Counted from the stretch's first letter, positions 13,350 through 28,100 are shown. The stretch: DNA of 64,000 nt from Camelus dromedarius (GCF_036321535.1 NC_087437.1:115322001-115386000), one strand, 5' to 3'. Notes: generated by a model not told the origin, from the letters alone. A program made the numbers and translations.

Positions 13350-16300
13350 CCCTCAAAATTAGGCTAGGGATTCTAGATTCTCATTCTGCCCTTGTTTTCT
13401 CTCCTAAGTAATTTTGCTTTCCCCAGTGCCTGAAGTTACCTGACTCTATACTTTGAACATACTGACCTTTCCTGTTCTTCTCTGTGTAGTCAGTGTCTCA
13501 TGAAGCTGAGCTGAGCAGTCCTATTTTGCTAGCAGATGTTGTCATCCAACATAACATGATTATAAGATTGTGAGCTCTTTGAAGACAGTTACCATCTCTA
13601 ATTCAGATTTATATATTGCTGCATCTAGTCAAAGATCACATATAACGGGATGTCTTTGTGTAACATTTTGTTAACACCATCCAAAAACTAAAAATATCCA
13701 GAAAACGTGAAGTTGTTTAGGTTTATTTTTCAGTTGTCTGTATTTGATATTCTTAATGTCAGCTCAAAGGAAATGTGAAAATCTTAAAGTATGTGTTGCC
13801 AATCCGCTGATTACCGTGTATGTGTGATTGCTTTTATAGGTCGAACACCAACTAGGAATCCAATTAAAGCCTTTTACGAAAGCAGGTGAGTTCATATCAG
13901 ATGGGTAGCTGTTGCTTGGAAGGATTTTGCTCTGTGAGTTTAAGAATTGCTGTTTGATGCGTTAGTAGATAATAGTAACCACAGTAAAGCTGGGGATGGA
14001 AGGATGAAAGGAGACTTTTTAAAGTCTTTGTAAGATCAGGAGACCTGTGATTTGTTGGATTTGGTTTGCTTACTGTTGTGCTGAACCACCTGCATATGTA
14101 TATATTGGAGATCAGTAGCCTAGACCTGTGGACAAAGAGGGGTGAGATGGTAATTGGTTGTTACTGTGCTTAAATGGCGCCAGTTTTGGCCATGAGGGTC
14201 CTGGCAGCCAAAAGCATGGAGCAGGGGTACAGTCTGCTCCTTTTACTCTTCACCTCTGTCCTGGAAACATCTGCCTCCAGCCTCCTGATATTTTTTCAAA
14301 GGCTAAGACACTTCTGTTAGAAATAGACAGCAGATAGACTTCAGTATGCTCATAAGAAAACAAATTGCAGCCAGGATTCTCTTTTTAACTTGGTAATTAA
14401 AATGGATTAAGCTTTTTCCACATGCTTAGATGCCTAAGATTCTGACGCTCTTAAATTTAAAACAGGGGGACTTCCTTATTTTAATATTAGAAACTAGGAT
14501 ACATATCTTAAACTGTTCTTAATCTATTTTGAGGTTTTAATACCAAATTTAAAGTAATATTTATGTATAAAACCCAGTCTCAGAGGTAGAGATTCTTTTT
14601 GAAACAGCATTACCTTGCTTTCAAGGAAAAAAGGCTATAATTGCTGAAATTTCTTTGTTTGAGGGATAACTTTTTAAAAATGTTCATCAATAGAAATAAA
14701 ATGATTATTTCTTTTATTACCACTCAGGGCCTGCATACCTAGTTTATCAGCACCTGCATTTAGTACGTCGCTTAACTTTGTGGAGACTGAAAAATATTCC
14801 AGAAAAACTAACCACGAAATGGCAAACGGTGGTAATCAGAATCTAAAGGTAAGCTCAATTAAAAACTAAAATTAAAATTGTAATTTCAAGTACAGATAGT
14901 CTGATAATATTTTTTGATAATGGAAACTAAGTATTTTGGTAATACGAACCCCTTTTTGCCTATTGATATCAAAAGAATGATTCTCTTTTTAATAAATAAT
15001 CTGGCTACCTCCTATGACTACAGTCTTAAAGATATTATTTCAGCATTACAGAATTTCTTTTGAAATCACATTTGTGGGCTTTCAAAATATTTTTCCTAAA
15101 TTTCATTTTGCCACTTGGATAGTTCCCTTTTTTCCCTTTACTTGTCTCTCAACCAAACAGTCACTTGGAATGAGTGACAGTGGGGTCTGTAATCTGCTTG
15201 ACTGCCTGGTACTGCACCGGCCCACCCACCCAGCTTGTGCTGTGCTGGGTCTTGGAGGCACCCCATCCCAATTTCTGCCCAAGGTATTTTCTGCAGCCTC
15301 TTGCTGCTCTTAACAGCAGTGGTCCCTAGCCCTTGGTTCATTGCTTTGCTCAGCAGAACTTCAGTGTGATGATTTCTTAGGGCACCTCTAAGCCTATAGC
15401 CTGGCTCTGTGACCAGTGTCCAGATGACCTGTATCTGAGCTAGCGTCTGAACTGTAGTATACTCAAAACTTAGCAGGTTATCACCAAGTTCACATTTACA
15501 TTTCTTCCTGGGCTTTGAGGGCGAAAAAAGGGAATTGGTGTTTTGGGTTAGATGGGAAGTAGGCATTGAAGGGAATGTTTCCAACCCACCATATAATCCT
15601 TTTGTTGTTAATAATGAAAATCTTGAAGAGGTTGTATGCAGTTAGGGAGAGGAGCATGAGGAAGGATGTGATAGTATTAATTCAGTATTTATTGTTCAAT
15701 ACTTGCCATTTTGTTTGTTTATTCATTTGGTAAAGCTGGCTATTTTAGGTGTCAGATAAATACTGTTCTCTATTTTATTATTTAGCCATTGAATTCTTCA
15801 TGGCCTTATTTTTTGGGAAGTCTTACTAATTTTATTTTCATGGTAGGCGGCAGACGAAGCTTTGAAGGTAGATGATTGTGACTGTCATCCTGAATTTCTA
15901 CCGCCATCAAGTGAGTTTTTTTTCCTTACGTAAATTGTGGCTGACTTAGTGCAGTGTTGGCCAAACTTCTGTGCTCCAGAATTTGCCCAAGCCTCACTTA
16001 TATTTTCTGTTGTTCTCCTTTTACTTTACAATGCTTCTGTGTCAAGAAAACATTGAATGTTTATTTGAAATCAGTGCTTAGTCTTTTCATATTATTTAAT
16101 ACATTTAATTTTGGAAGTCCAAATAGAAGGAATGGAAAGGAGAGATGAAGTTCTTCGTGGTCTGCTAATTTTCACTAGGCCAGTGTTTCTCACCTTTTAT
16201 TTCATTATCTACTTCCTGCCCCTAGAGCCTTTTTAGACATTTTTTTCCCTAATAGCACTCTTCTCATGATACCACAGATACTGTTAATCTGTTTATGTTC

Positions 16301-19300
16301 TGTGTACCTATGTGCTTTATATATAAAAAGAGTTCGGTATTTTTCATCTCCTAATAACCTTCTTGGGGCTGATGTCGCCCCTGTTGAGAATGGGTGCTTT
16401 AGTCTAATACTAGTTTATTTAAATTATATTTGCTTAGTACATATTTTTATTTATGCACTTATAAAAACGGGGACACCAACAGGACCTCACCTACTTGGCA
16501 TCTTTGGGAAATGAAAGGTTCCAGAAGAGCGAATACTCAAGCCTCACTTATTAGTCTCCCTTTATACTGCCAGATTTTGATGGAAATCATTCTAAAGGGA
16601 TTACATTCTTCTCTTTTAAAACAGGGTTTAAGAGAATACAGATTTTTCTCTCCTTTTTTTAGCCATTTAAAAAAAAATTGAAGTATAGTTGATCTACGAT
16701 GTTGTGTTAGTTTCAGGTGTACAGCAGAGTGAGTCAGTTACACACACGGATTTTCTTGATGACTCAGGGTTGTTACTGCACACAGGTTACTAATCTCACG
16801 CTTTCATGTGTGCCTTCTGGGCTTGCTGTGGTGAGATTGTTGGCCTTCTGGTTAGTGATCCTGTTGCTCTCTTTGCTTTTCACTTGTGTTTTGGTTCATT
16901 TGGGTTTTTTTTCAGTGTTTTTACTTGTGGCAGCCATTTCTGTCTTTTGCTTCCTGCAGTTCTGCCTCCTCTTAGGCTCCAGTGCTACGTATGCAACTAC
17001 TTACTAGTAGTTAGCACTTCAGCAGAGTTACAGAGGGGGCAAACTCAGGTGCTTACCTGAGCTGATGTGACTCTCATAGCATATGGAAAAACTTTGAGGA
17101 CCAAACTTTTTTTTTTTTTTTTTTTTGGAAAACAGCTTTTAATTTGATATTTCTCAGGCCGTTATTATCAGATAGCACATTTAAATAAATAATTTAAATA
17201 CTGTCCACATTTCCGCATCTACATTCAAGTCAAATAAATTGAGATCCCAGGGTTAGATTAAATCATTTTGCCCTAGTTCATGCAGAACTCTTGTATCTTT
17301 TTAGAAGCCGCTTTTGTCTTCTGAGGCCTCCAGAACCAGCTCAGGCTCTCATTCCCCTCCCTAATACATAGGCTCTGACTTGCCTCTGCTGTCTCTCCTG
17401 AAGCTTCCATCAGTACACCCTGTCCCTGTTGCTGTGCTCTGTCCTATACAGCTTTACAAATGTCCTCCCCGCCTAAGAGTGTACAGTGCTCCCTACTCCT
17501 GTGGGTGAGGTAAAGGCTGAGCTCACAGAGCTGGGGGATCAGAAACACTGGGCCTCTAAACACTCACCCCAGCCTGCCCTTGCAGCCCCTTTCCAGCCTG
17601 TCCTGACTCAACTTGCAAAATCACACAGGTTTACTTAGTGTTTCTTAAAATGAACTTCATTTGGCCCATTCTGTGCCAATCCTACTTGTCCTTAAAACTA
17701 AACACAAATGCTGCATTCCCGCTAACGCTTTTCCCAGCCACTCCAGCTCAAGTGATTTCTCCCTTCTTGGAGGTATAAGAGCAGTTACTGTGGAATTAAC
17801 ACGTCAGTAACAACATGATATCTTCTTTTCTTAGTGGGGATTGTTTAATTACTGAAGTGACTGTCTTTTCTTCCCATTTGTTATGAGCTACCTGAGGACA
17901 GGAGCTACAGCCTGTATCTCTTCTGTATCTACTGTAGGCCTAAATGATAATCATGATTATAGTTTATAATAATTTTATAGCACACATTGAAAAGCATCAG
18001 TAGCTTCTTTTTTGGCTTACTTGTTTATAGTTTGACTCACATAATATTGCTTCCTTTGCTTTCTTAGTCCAATTTACATTTTCTTTTATTGTTTTACTTT
18101 CAAGCTTGTAGATTTTTATGTACAGATTTCAAGAATAAATACTTTTATATTTGCAGGCCAGCCTCCAAAATATAAAGGAAAACAAAAATCCCGAAACAAT
18201 GAATTGGAGAAGTTCAGGTATGTTTTTTATCTAAGGGTTTTTTTTGGTTTGGTTTTGTTTCCATAATGTTCTCCTCCCAAGAAAAAAGAAAAAGGGAAAG
18301 GAAGTCTCTTTCAGGTAGTACCTGCCTTTACATATGTGTATTATCGTAAGTACTAAAATCCCTTTCAACTATCAAGGCATGTCTTTAGGAGAGGGTCATT
18401 TTTGGCTAAAGGATGATTAATCCTAGATGTTAATACTGATTTCTGAAAGTCATAAATATGAGATATATCAGTATTGATTTTTTAACATTCCAAAGTACAT
18501 GCTCATAAGAGAAAAATATTCAGACAGGTATAAAGTGAAAATTTAGTCTCCTTCCCTGTTCACTGTATTTCATCTCTGTCTATTCCTTCTCTAGTGCCTT
18601 CCTTTAAAAGCTTGCTGTTAGTAGTTTCTTGGCCATCTAGGAACTTGCTCTGCATACACTGGCACGAGTATATGTTTATTCAGAGGCTCTTTTGAGTAAT
18701 TATCCCATTAGAGAAAAGGATTTACTAATGAATTGACCACTTATAAAATTAGTTCTACCAAACGTTTTCCCCCAATTAACAGTAGGAACTCTTACCACCT
18801 GTCTTTATAGTTAATCTGCTACCTACAAAGATACAAATTGATGACAAAGTGGAATTATAAATCTTACAACAGATAGAGAAATTCATGAAGTCAGTGAAAG
18901 TGATGCTGAAGAAACTACTAAGCCAATTTTGCCGCAGTTATACCAGTTTTCATCTCTTAAGGCTCATTCCTTGATAGGTGCTTCAAGGAGAATGATGGAA
19001 TATCAAAGCACTAAGAGAAATTAGTAAAGCCCCATTTTTAAAAAATGACATTTAAAAAAACTTTTTTTTTTTAATTAAAGGATAGTCAGTTACAGTGTGT
19101 CAGTTTCTGGTATACAGCATAATGTCCCAGTCATATATACACATACGTATATTCATTTTCATATTCTTTTTCATTATAGGTTATTATAAGATATTGAATA
19201 TAGTTCCCTGTACTGTACAGAAGAAATCTGTTTTTTATCTATTTATATATATGGTGGTTAATATTTGCAAATTTATCCCTTCCGGTAACCATGATTGTTT

Positions 19301-22055
19301 ACTATGTCTTCGAGTCTGTTTTTGTTTTGTAGATGAGTTCATCAGTGTCTTCTTTTTTCTTTTTTTAGATTCCACATATCATGTAAAAAATGAACATTTT
19401 TGGATGATGCTACAAAAATTAAATACAAAGCAAGGCCATAGTGCCTTATGTTATTCTATTATTTGTTAGAAAAGTCCTGCATCTCCCTCCTGGCCCCCCT
19501 CCCCTCACCACAGAAAGAAACCAAAACCAAATCCATGATCATTCTTTGAATACATAGTTATCATTTTAACCCATTTTGTTAAATTTATTTTCGTAATACT
19601 TTGTTTCTGTTTTCAAGCTGAACGCTCTTCTTGGTTGTGTCTACTTTGTGAGGTTATTTAACAATTAAAAGGGATAACCACATAAAAAATTTAGAGCCCT
19701 GGAACATGGTAAATACTGAATACACTTCAACTATCATTATTGTTCACATTATTATTTTCCTGGTTGTTAGGACCGCTCCAGCCTACAGCTTGCTTTTTTA
19801 TCTCTTTCAAAATACCTTGAATACCTTCCCATATCAGAACATGGAGGTCTACATCCTTCATTTTCATGGCTGTAGGATATTTCATAGTGTAGATGTATGT
19901 GAAGGAGAAATTTCTAGAGTGGAATTGCTGTCAAAGGAGATGCATAATTTTAACTTTGGTAGATATTGCCAAGTTTTCCTCTCAGAATATGAGCACTGTT
20001 GACACTCCCATTAAGCTGTGTGAAGGGGTGTGGTATAATAAAAATATTTATATACTTGGTCTTTGTCCCCAGTTCCTGGCACAGAACTCCTAAGACCCTT
20101 GGAATTTCCTGAGTTATGAATTATTTGCTTCGTTATTCGTAACGAGTTCCTTTTCTCCCTACTTGAGTTTATACTAATGAAGTGACTCAAGGCTGGGCCC
20201 CTACCTCCAGGATTGAGGCTGGTCACCAGAAAGACCAAGCTTGTGATTGGTTGGAACTTTCAGCCTCACCCCCTGATCTCTAGGGGGAAGAAAGAGAGCT
20301 GGAAATTGAGTTTAGTCACCAGTGGTCAGTAATTTAATCATTCTTGCCTGTGTAATAAAACCTCAGTTAAAAAACCTCTAAACTTAGGGGCTCAGGGAGC
20401 ATTTGGGTTGGTGAATACTTCAGGATGCTGGGAAGGTGGTGCACTCTCCAGACAGCTTGAAGGCTCTGTGACACCTCTCCCCACATCGTCCTGTGCATCC
20501 TTTGCATTGGGGCTGATCCTAAGTTATATCTTTCCTAATAAACTGTAATAGTAATTAAAGTGCTTTTCTGGGTTCTGTGAATTGTCCTAGGGAATTGTTG
20601 AACCTAAGGATTGGTCATGGGAACACTTGAGTTTGTAGTTGGTGGGGCAGAAGTGTGGATAGCTTGGGTACCCCAGTGAGGCTGAAATGAGGGCAGTCTT
20701 GTAGGACTGGACCTTTAACCTGTGGGGCCTGAGTTATTAACTCCAGAGGTGGTGTCAAAATTGAATTGAATTGTTGGACATTCAGTTGGTGTTGGAAAAT
20801 TGGTGTGGAAAAATGACAAGTATTTGATGTCCAGAAATTTACACATTTGGTGTCAGAAAACACCACCTAGAGCACCTGAATCTTCCCTAACCTCACCAGC
20901 ATTGGGGGTCAGGCTTTCTGGAAAGGTTATATCTTACTAGATTTTCGCGTGAGATGGAGCACCCTTGCGGTGTTCATCGGGCACTTTTCTTGCGTCAGGA
21001 CTTTGTTGTTATCGGTGACTAGATCTGTAATAACTTGGTGATTAGCATAAATCCTCCCAATTTCTTTTTTTTTAAAGCTATTCTTCCATATCATCTCATT
21101 AATCAGTTCATCTGGTTCCCCCTCCCCCTCTAATTTTATGAGGATTTTTATTGGATTTAGAGATTAATTTGGAGAGAATTGGCATCTTGGTAATATTTCT
21201 ATTTAAGAACTAGTAATTCTCCATTTACTCACTGTTTAAAATGACCTTCAGTAACTAATATTTTTCTTTAAATTTAAGCAGGATTGTTTTATTTTAAAAT
21301 AATTCAAAACAATTCTTTTCTTTTTTAGTTCTGGTTCACAAGGGAGTTTACCAGTAGATTTGAAAAACATCTTAGAGAAACAGTTTTCTAAGTCTTCGAG
21401 AGCTGCACACCAGGTAAAGGAAAACCTTTTCTAAAGGAAAAGCACATTCTTGGACATAACATTTTTCACATGAATTAAGTCTAATCATGTATATCTCTTA
21501 AGTTTTTTTTCCTTATAATTTTAGTTATAGACATGATTTAATAGATGATTGCTAAGAAACCAAACTATCCATAGTTTGGATTTTAACTTGCTTATTATAT
21601 GAACTGGAGATTTAACTCATGATTAACACTATAGATTTGAGAATCATTGCTTCCCAAAGTTTTAACTATTAAGTTAAATATTTTAAGATTTAAATTATTT
21701 TTAAAAAGGTTTGAGCACTTGTGGTTTTATTATACTTAACTATAAAACCATTAAACAGCAGACTCTTTATTCTTTGAATGATTTATCAGATAATTTTGTA
21801 TATAATATTCTTTCTGTGATGTTTAAAACATAAGTAATAAAAAATGTACATTAAGGAGGAAGAGTTGAATATGCAGAGCACAGAGGATTTTTCAGGCTGT
21901 GAAATTCCTCTGACTTGATAGTTTAAATGATACATATAGTCATTATGCATTTGTCCAAACCTGTGGAATGTACAACACCAAGAGTGGTAAACTATGGACG
22001 CTGGGTGATTATGATTTGTCTGTGTGTTCATCCTTGATTATTTATATATATATAT

Positions 22056-22118
<63 letters not shown>

Positions 22119-25100
22119 CACACACCATTCTGATGAGTGACGTTTATAGTGGGGGAAGCTATGCATGTAAAGGGGAAAGGAGCATTTAGAAATCTCTGTA
22201 TCTTCCTCTCAATTTTGTTGTAAACCTAAAACTGCTCTGAAACAAAACGTCTGGAATAATGCAAGGGATATATAACAAAAAGATTACTTTGAAGGAAATT
22301 TATCAAGCTAAATGCATGTATTAAAAGAATAAAGACTTTTAAATTAATAAAGCCTTCATCCCAAGAGCTAGAGAAAAAACTCAAAGAAAGTAGGAGGATA
22401 TAACAAAGTAGGAAATAATGAAGTGGAAACAACATGTAATGAAGAATCCCCAAGCTAAAAGTTGATTCTTTGGCAACATAAAATTTGCACACACTGACTG
22501 AGAGAAAAAAAAGAAGGCACAATAAAACAATTTCAAGAATGAAAAACAGTGCATTACTATAGACCCTTGAATATTACAAATCCTATAATGAACAGAAGTA
22601 TACCAAGAAATTTGAAAATGTATATAGACCAAAAGGACAAGTTGCTAGAAAAATATAACTTATAAAAATTGACTCAAGAAGAAATAGAAACCTTCATGGA
22701 ATCCAGAATTTACAGAGCCATGGCTAGTCACTATTTCAGTCATTGAATACCTGTAGAATGTATATTACAGTGAAAGGTTGTCTCTTTCTGTTAAATGTGA
22801 TTTATATGAGTCTGCTTTGACAATTCAGTGCTTTATGTAAACACAATTTTATTTCTTGTAAGATAAAATATTGGTTTTAAACTTCACCTCTCCAAAATGT
22901 ATACCAACATAGAACACAATACTTTTTTCAATATGTAGGGTCATTTTAAAATTCAGTTAGCTATTTTAGGTATATGTGACAGATATCTTACTAAGGACTG
23001 ATGGAATGAAGCGTGTTTTACACATTTTTAATCAGTTTTCTAATCAATTTCAACAGCTTTCTAGTTAGTTGCATAAAAGCATTTTTAGAATCTAACAGTT
23101 GGAGATTTTAAAATTATGTCATTTTATATTGATTTTACTGGTTCTAAAAACCATTAAGGACTTAAATTGTAAAGACAGCCTGTAAAGATCAAAAGATTAT
23201 TTAAATATAAATAACAGGTTTTTTTGAGCTGTTGTTCGTTCACCACACTTTTATTTAGGCCCTTGCATACGCTGAAGACTGGGAGAGATTGAGTGTATGG
23301 CAGTTCGAGTCAGCCCGCTCTCACAGAGCTTTCAGTACAGACCATTTATTTGTTCTGTATTGAGGGCAGTAATTTCCATTGGAAACAGGAGGCAATATGG
23401 GTCTGTTTTGTAGAATGAAAGAGGTTAGAATGGAATCAGTTCATTCAAGGCATTAAGGCACCATATAGTGTGAAATGAACTACCCTTTCTTGTCATGGGC
23501 AGCACTAGAAGTGTTGGAATTAAGATGGTGAAGGCAGTACCTTTTAATTTTTACTTTAATGGTGCTGCGCTGATAAAGGATTATAATGCATCAAGGATAG
23601 CTTTGGGTATTTACATATTTTATGATGAGTTATAAAATATAACTGCCCAGTGATGAACTTTGGCATCTTAAGTGTTAGACCAAACATGGATAACTCTAGA
23701 TTACTAAAACAATTTCTCTTTTGCAGGATTTTGCCAATATAATGAAAATGCTCAGAAGCCTGATCCAGGATGGTTACACAGCTTTGTTGGAGCAGCGCTG
23801 CCGCAGTGCCGCTCAGGCCTTCACAGAGCTGCTCAACGGTTTAGATCCTCAAAAAATAAAGGTAAAACTGCCTCCTGGTAACTTGTTCATTAGTGCTACT
23901 GCATTTCAGATGAATATGGAAAAGAGCCAAGGCTTTGACTTCATTGTGTTAGTATATCTTAGAGCTTGCCGAGAGGGGCTGAATCTACTCCAAGTTGTGA
24001 GAAGCAGGTAATGCTCTGGTTCAGCCTGTGTGATTGCACTTGATACGCAACCCAGGCTAGGTTTTCTCCGTGCCCTGTAGTTGGTGTTCATTAGAACACT
24101 TTTTCTCTTATTACAGTACTAAATCAAGGATTTGGACTCACTTTATGTAGTCACATCTTTTCATCTAGAAAGAAAGGATTAGCTAGGTAAATAGTTCATG
24201 CAGGGCTATATGAGAGGGGATAACTTAGTCTGTTACTCTTAAGAATATGACTCAGTCACCCTAATCTTATGAACCATGCCTTCAAGGATCTCTGAGACGG
24301 TGATTCTGTGTTTTAAACACTTGATAGCAGTGTTATTGCATATCTTTGCTAAACACAATTTCTAATTCTGTTTGGCCTTTATCCCAGTCATAGTGATTAG
24401 GGAGATTTTATTACACGTCTTTTACTGTTGCGGTTACCAGGTTGGTATGATGCAGCCTGTGCAGAATTATGTTCAGGTATTTGACTGGAGCATTTTTATT
24501 GACAGCAATTGAACCTGGCCATGATTAACTACGTGTTAGTAGTCTATGGACTTGCCATTTCTCTCCTTGGGATTGGACAGCCTGAGGTAAGATTTGTAAC
24601 AGAGATAATAAGCAATTAAAATATGCCATTAATTTTAGAAGACATGTTAAAATAGCTTTCTCATTTTGGCTTATTTCCTTCTCTGTACTTTTTTTTTCTC
24701 TTCCAGTTTTATTGAGGTGTAATTGGCATATAATGCTGTATAAGTTTAACACATTGATTGCCCACTGTGGAATGGGTGCCCCTGAAGAAACACAGCTGTC
24801 ACCAGATTTGGGTGACTTGGCAATCAATGTGTTAAGGTGTACAGTACAATGATTTGACTTACATATATCATGAAATAATTACCACAGTGAGTTTAGGGGG
24901 CACCTTCTGTATACTTTGTTGATAATTTTTTCTTAAATACCTAAATATAATTTCATTTGTGTTGTTTTTTTGAAAAGAAAATTTAGTTTGTGTTTCCATT
25001 AAGAAAAAAGTTATGCCAGACCACGTGTGGGAATCTACTTTTTATTTGTATAAAAAGTAAAGGATGTGATGTATCGTGGTAGACTTTTGGAAACACATTG

Positions 25101-28100
25101 AGGGGAAAGTGGCAAGTTGGAGAACGTAATAAATATTGTGATACCACTTGTGAACAGTTTGGAAAACTTACAACACAAATGTCATTCAGTGCCAACTTTT
25201 CATTCTGGAGCCAGACCATTTTGGTTGTGTCTCTGAGTATCCTTATGGTCAAAATGTATGTAATTACTAAGAAAATGAAATGCAGAAGGTATAATTTTGC
25301 CATAGAAATTTTTGAATATACAGTTTTTAATACTACACAAAAAGAACAGCCTCCGGGTAAAACCTGTTCCAGCACTCTCTTTTTGTGTAAGTGATCTGTG
25401 TTCTCTTTGCTACTGAAGGAATTATCTGAAGCTGAAAACCAGTTTAAGAGGATGATTGAACACTACCCCAATGAGGGACTCGATTGCTTGGCCTACTGTG
25501 GAATTGGAAAAGTGTATTTAAAAAAAAACAGGTTAGTCTAAACCCCACTGTTTATGCTCTGGGCTGGAACTCACTTGAAGTGTAGTGTGATGATGATCCC
25601 TTTTCTGGAGTTATCTGGTATCTTCTCTGTGGCACACTATGACAGTTGTGTTTACTTTGAGGACTGGCATTTCAGTATTAATTATTAAAGTACGGCCAGT
25701 TAGTTAAATCAACTATACCTCAATAAAACACACAAAAAACTAAAGTATGGCCAATCAATCCTTTGTATGTAAAGTATGGCCAGTATCTTTTAGTATATGT
25801 CATTTATAAATGGTAACTGAATTGATACAGATTAGTACTTTATAAGTCTGATTATTTAATTTTTTAGTTAAATACCTATTTCCTAAAAAAAGTAGATGGT
25901 TTTAATAATAAGTATATATATGTTCAAAGAGATCATGAGTTAGGAATAAAAATCTCTTTTGAACCTATAGTTGAAATCCTTACTCAGAATTTGATATGTA
26001 GCTATTCTCTAATTGTTTCATGTCTTATCCCCCCAAATTGCTGTATGACCATTAGAGGACAGGATTATGCCTCAAGCTTTAAAAAATAAAACAAAACCCT
26101 TTCTCTTCCTGCCATTTACACTCACTATAGTGGTAGGTATGTTAGATTACTTCCATAAAGAAATAACTGTTGACTGATGAAATATCATTCATAATTCTTA
26201 ATTATCCTTAGATTTTTACGTAACTGTTTAGAGGAGATTTTTGTCAGACCATTGGTGCTCTGGGAACCCAGTCTTAGAGGGTGCCTAGAACAATCTTTAA
26301 AGATCAAAGAAAGTTCTTTTACTTCCTAAAGCTGCTGTTTGACCAGCTCAACTCTATTAAGAATCAAATAGAGGCAGGGAAAGTGAGAATTTAGCAATCA
26401 CCTCTATAATAATAACAAATTAAATTAATTTCAGTGTTTAGTGTGAGCTGTTTAGGACCTACTGTTTAATGCAGTGATCACATGCAGGTATTCACAATAT
26501 CTGGGAAAATAACAAATATGTAGCATCATCGAGGTTGTGGTGAACAAAGAAATGTTTGTCATTTTGAAGGGCACTTAAAATTTAATTTCAAAATAATACA
26601 GTTTGGGCTTCAAGGTCTCATAAGCTAGTGTTTGCTGTTGTAATGTGCCGTATCTGGCTTAATGTCCTGCTGTTTTTAACAGTCTTAAGGTGAATGATGG
26701 TCTAGCTTTTCTGCAGGTGAGGTTTTCTGTACCCAAAGGCAAAAATGAGTTCTTAAATTGGGAAATCTTTTCAAGATTGGAGAAAGCAGGGAACTCTGTT
26801 TCTTCTCTAGTCTGAAGAGAAGAATAAAGACTGGAATAACTTTATAATCTAGTATTCTAGTATTCTATTTTTCTTTTGTTGAATGGACTGTGGGACTCTG
26901 TTGACATTATTTTTTAAAACCATAAATCAGTATAGAAACATTTCATGTTTATAGTTAAACAGTTTACATACACATTTGTTCAGTTAAAATAATTCATTGC
27001 CTTATGGTGGAAGAATCATGTCCAGAATACATAATCTCTTTAAAAATTTAGCAGACGGATTTTAAAAATTAATTAACTAATTAATTATTTTAATTGAAGT
27101 ATAATTGATTTATAGTGTTTTCAGGTACAGAGGGATATTACTACAAATGTCCTAATTGAGTCAAGTTAAAATTTTTTTTCCTATTTATGATTAATTAGTT
27201 GAAGTGGAGCGTTGCTTTTGCTCTTTAAGAATCTTCTTTAATTAGCTTAGTGAGTGAAATAAAAATGGAATAGCCAAATGAGTTCAGTTTTCGGTTTTAT
27301 TTGTTGAAAACTTTAAAAAAGAAATCACAGCTTTAAAAGAACCAGTGTGTACCTACCATAATAAAGCCAGTGTCCAGGTAGGTTGGTATTTAATTTATAT
27401 TATTTTTATAGCAAACAGCAATAATGCCTTGGTTTTTTTTAAAGAAAATATAGATTACATTGAATATTTCTGTACAGTGATTTATCAAATGTATCCTTAC
27501 CTAGTAAGCTTGATCTCTGTGCCTTGTGGGGGATGAAAATTCTTGTCACATCTTTAATATCTTCTTTTTCATAATTATGACTAGATTTCTGGAAGCTCTT
27601 AATCATTTCGAGAAAGCAAGAACCTTGATTTGTCGTCTTCCTGGAGTGTTAACTTGGCCTACAAGTAATGTGGTTATTGAAGAGACTCAGCCAGGGAAAA
27701 TAAAGGTAACTTTATTTCTGTAGAGAGTTTCTTACTAACATAAAAGCCCATCTGCACTCCTGCACTCTGACTCAGGCATCAGAAGACAAAGAGGTAGGAG
27801 CACTCTGTCCTCAGATCCTCCACATGCTTCCTTTAAAGACTGGTGAGAATCTTCAGCATTTACTGAATGTTTCATTGAATGTTTCCTTCATGCCAGTCAT
27901 ACGCCTTCTGTTTATCATTACCATTAGCCCTTACAGCAACCCTGCATGATGAGTACTATGATTATTCCCATTTTTCAGATGGGGAAGATTACGTTTAGAG
28001 AGATTTAAGTGATGAGTTCAAGGTTGAACAGCTAGGAAATGGGAGAACTGGGACTCAGATCAGGCATTCTCTCTTCACAGCATGCAGTGTAAGCAGTACG

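Noticed and set aside
16750..17010. Possible antisense processed pseudogene (Lys-rich [28 protein letters not shown])
   Set aside because: I recognise no parent protein, and see no poly(A) tail or TSD.
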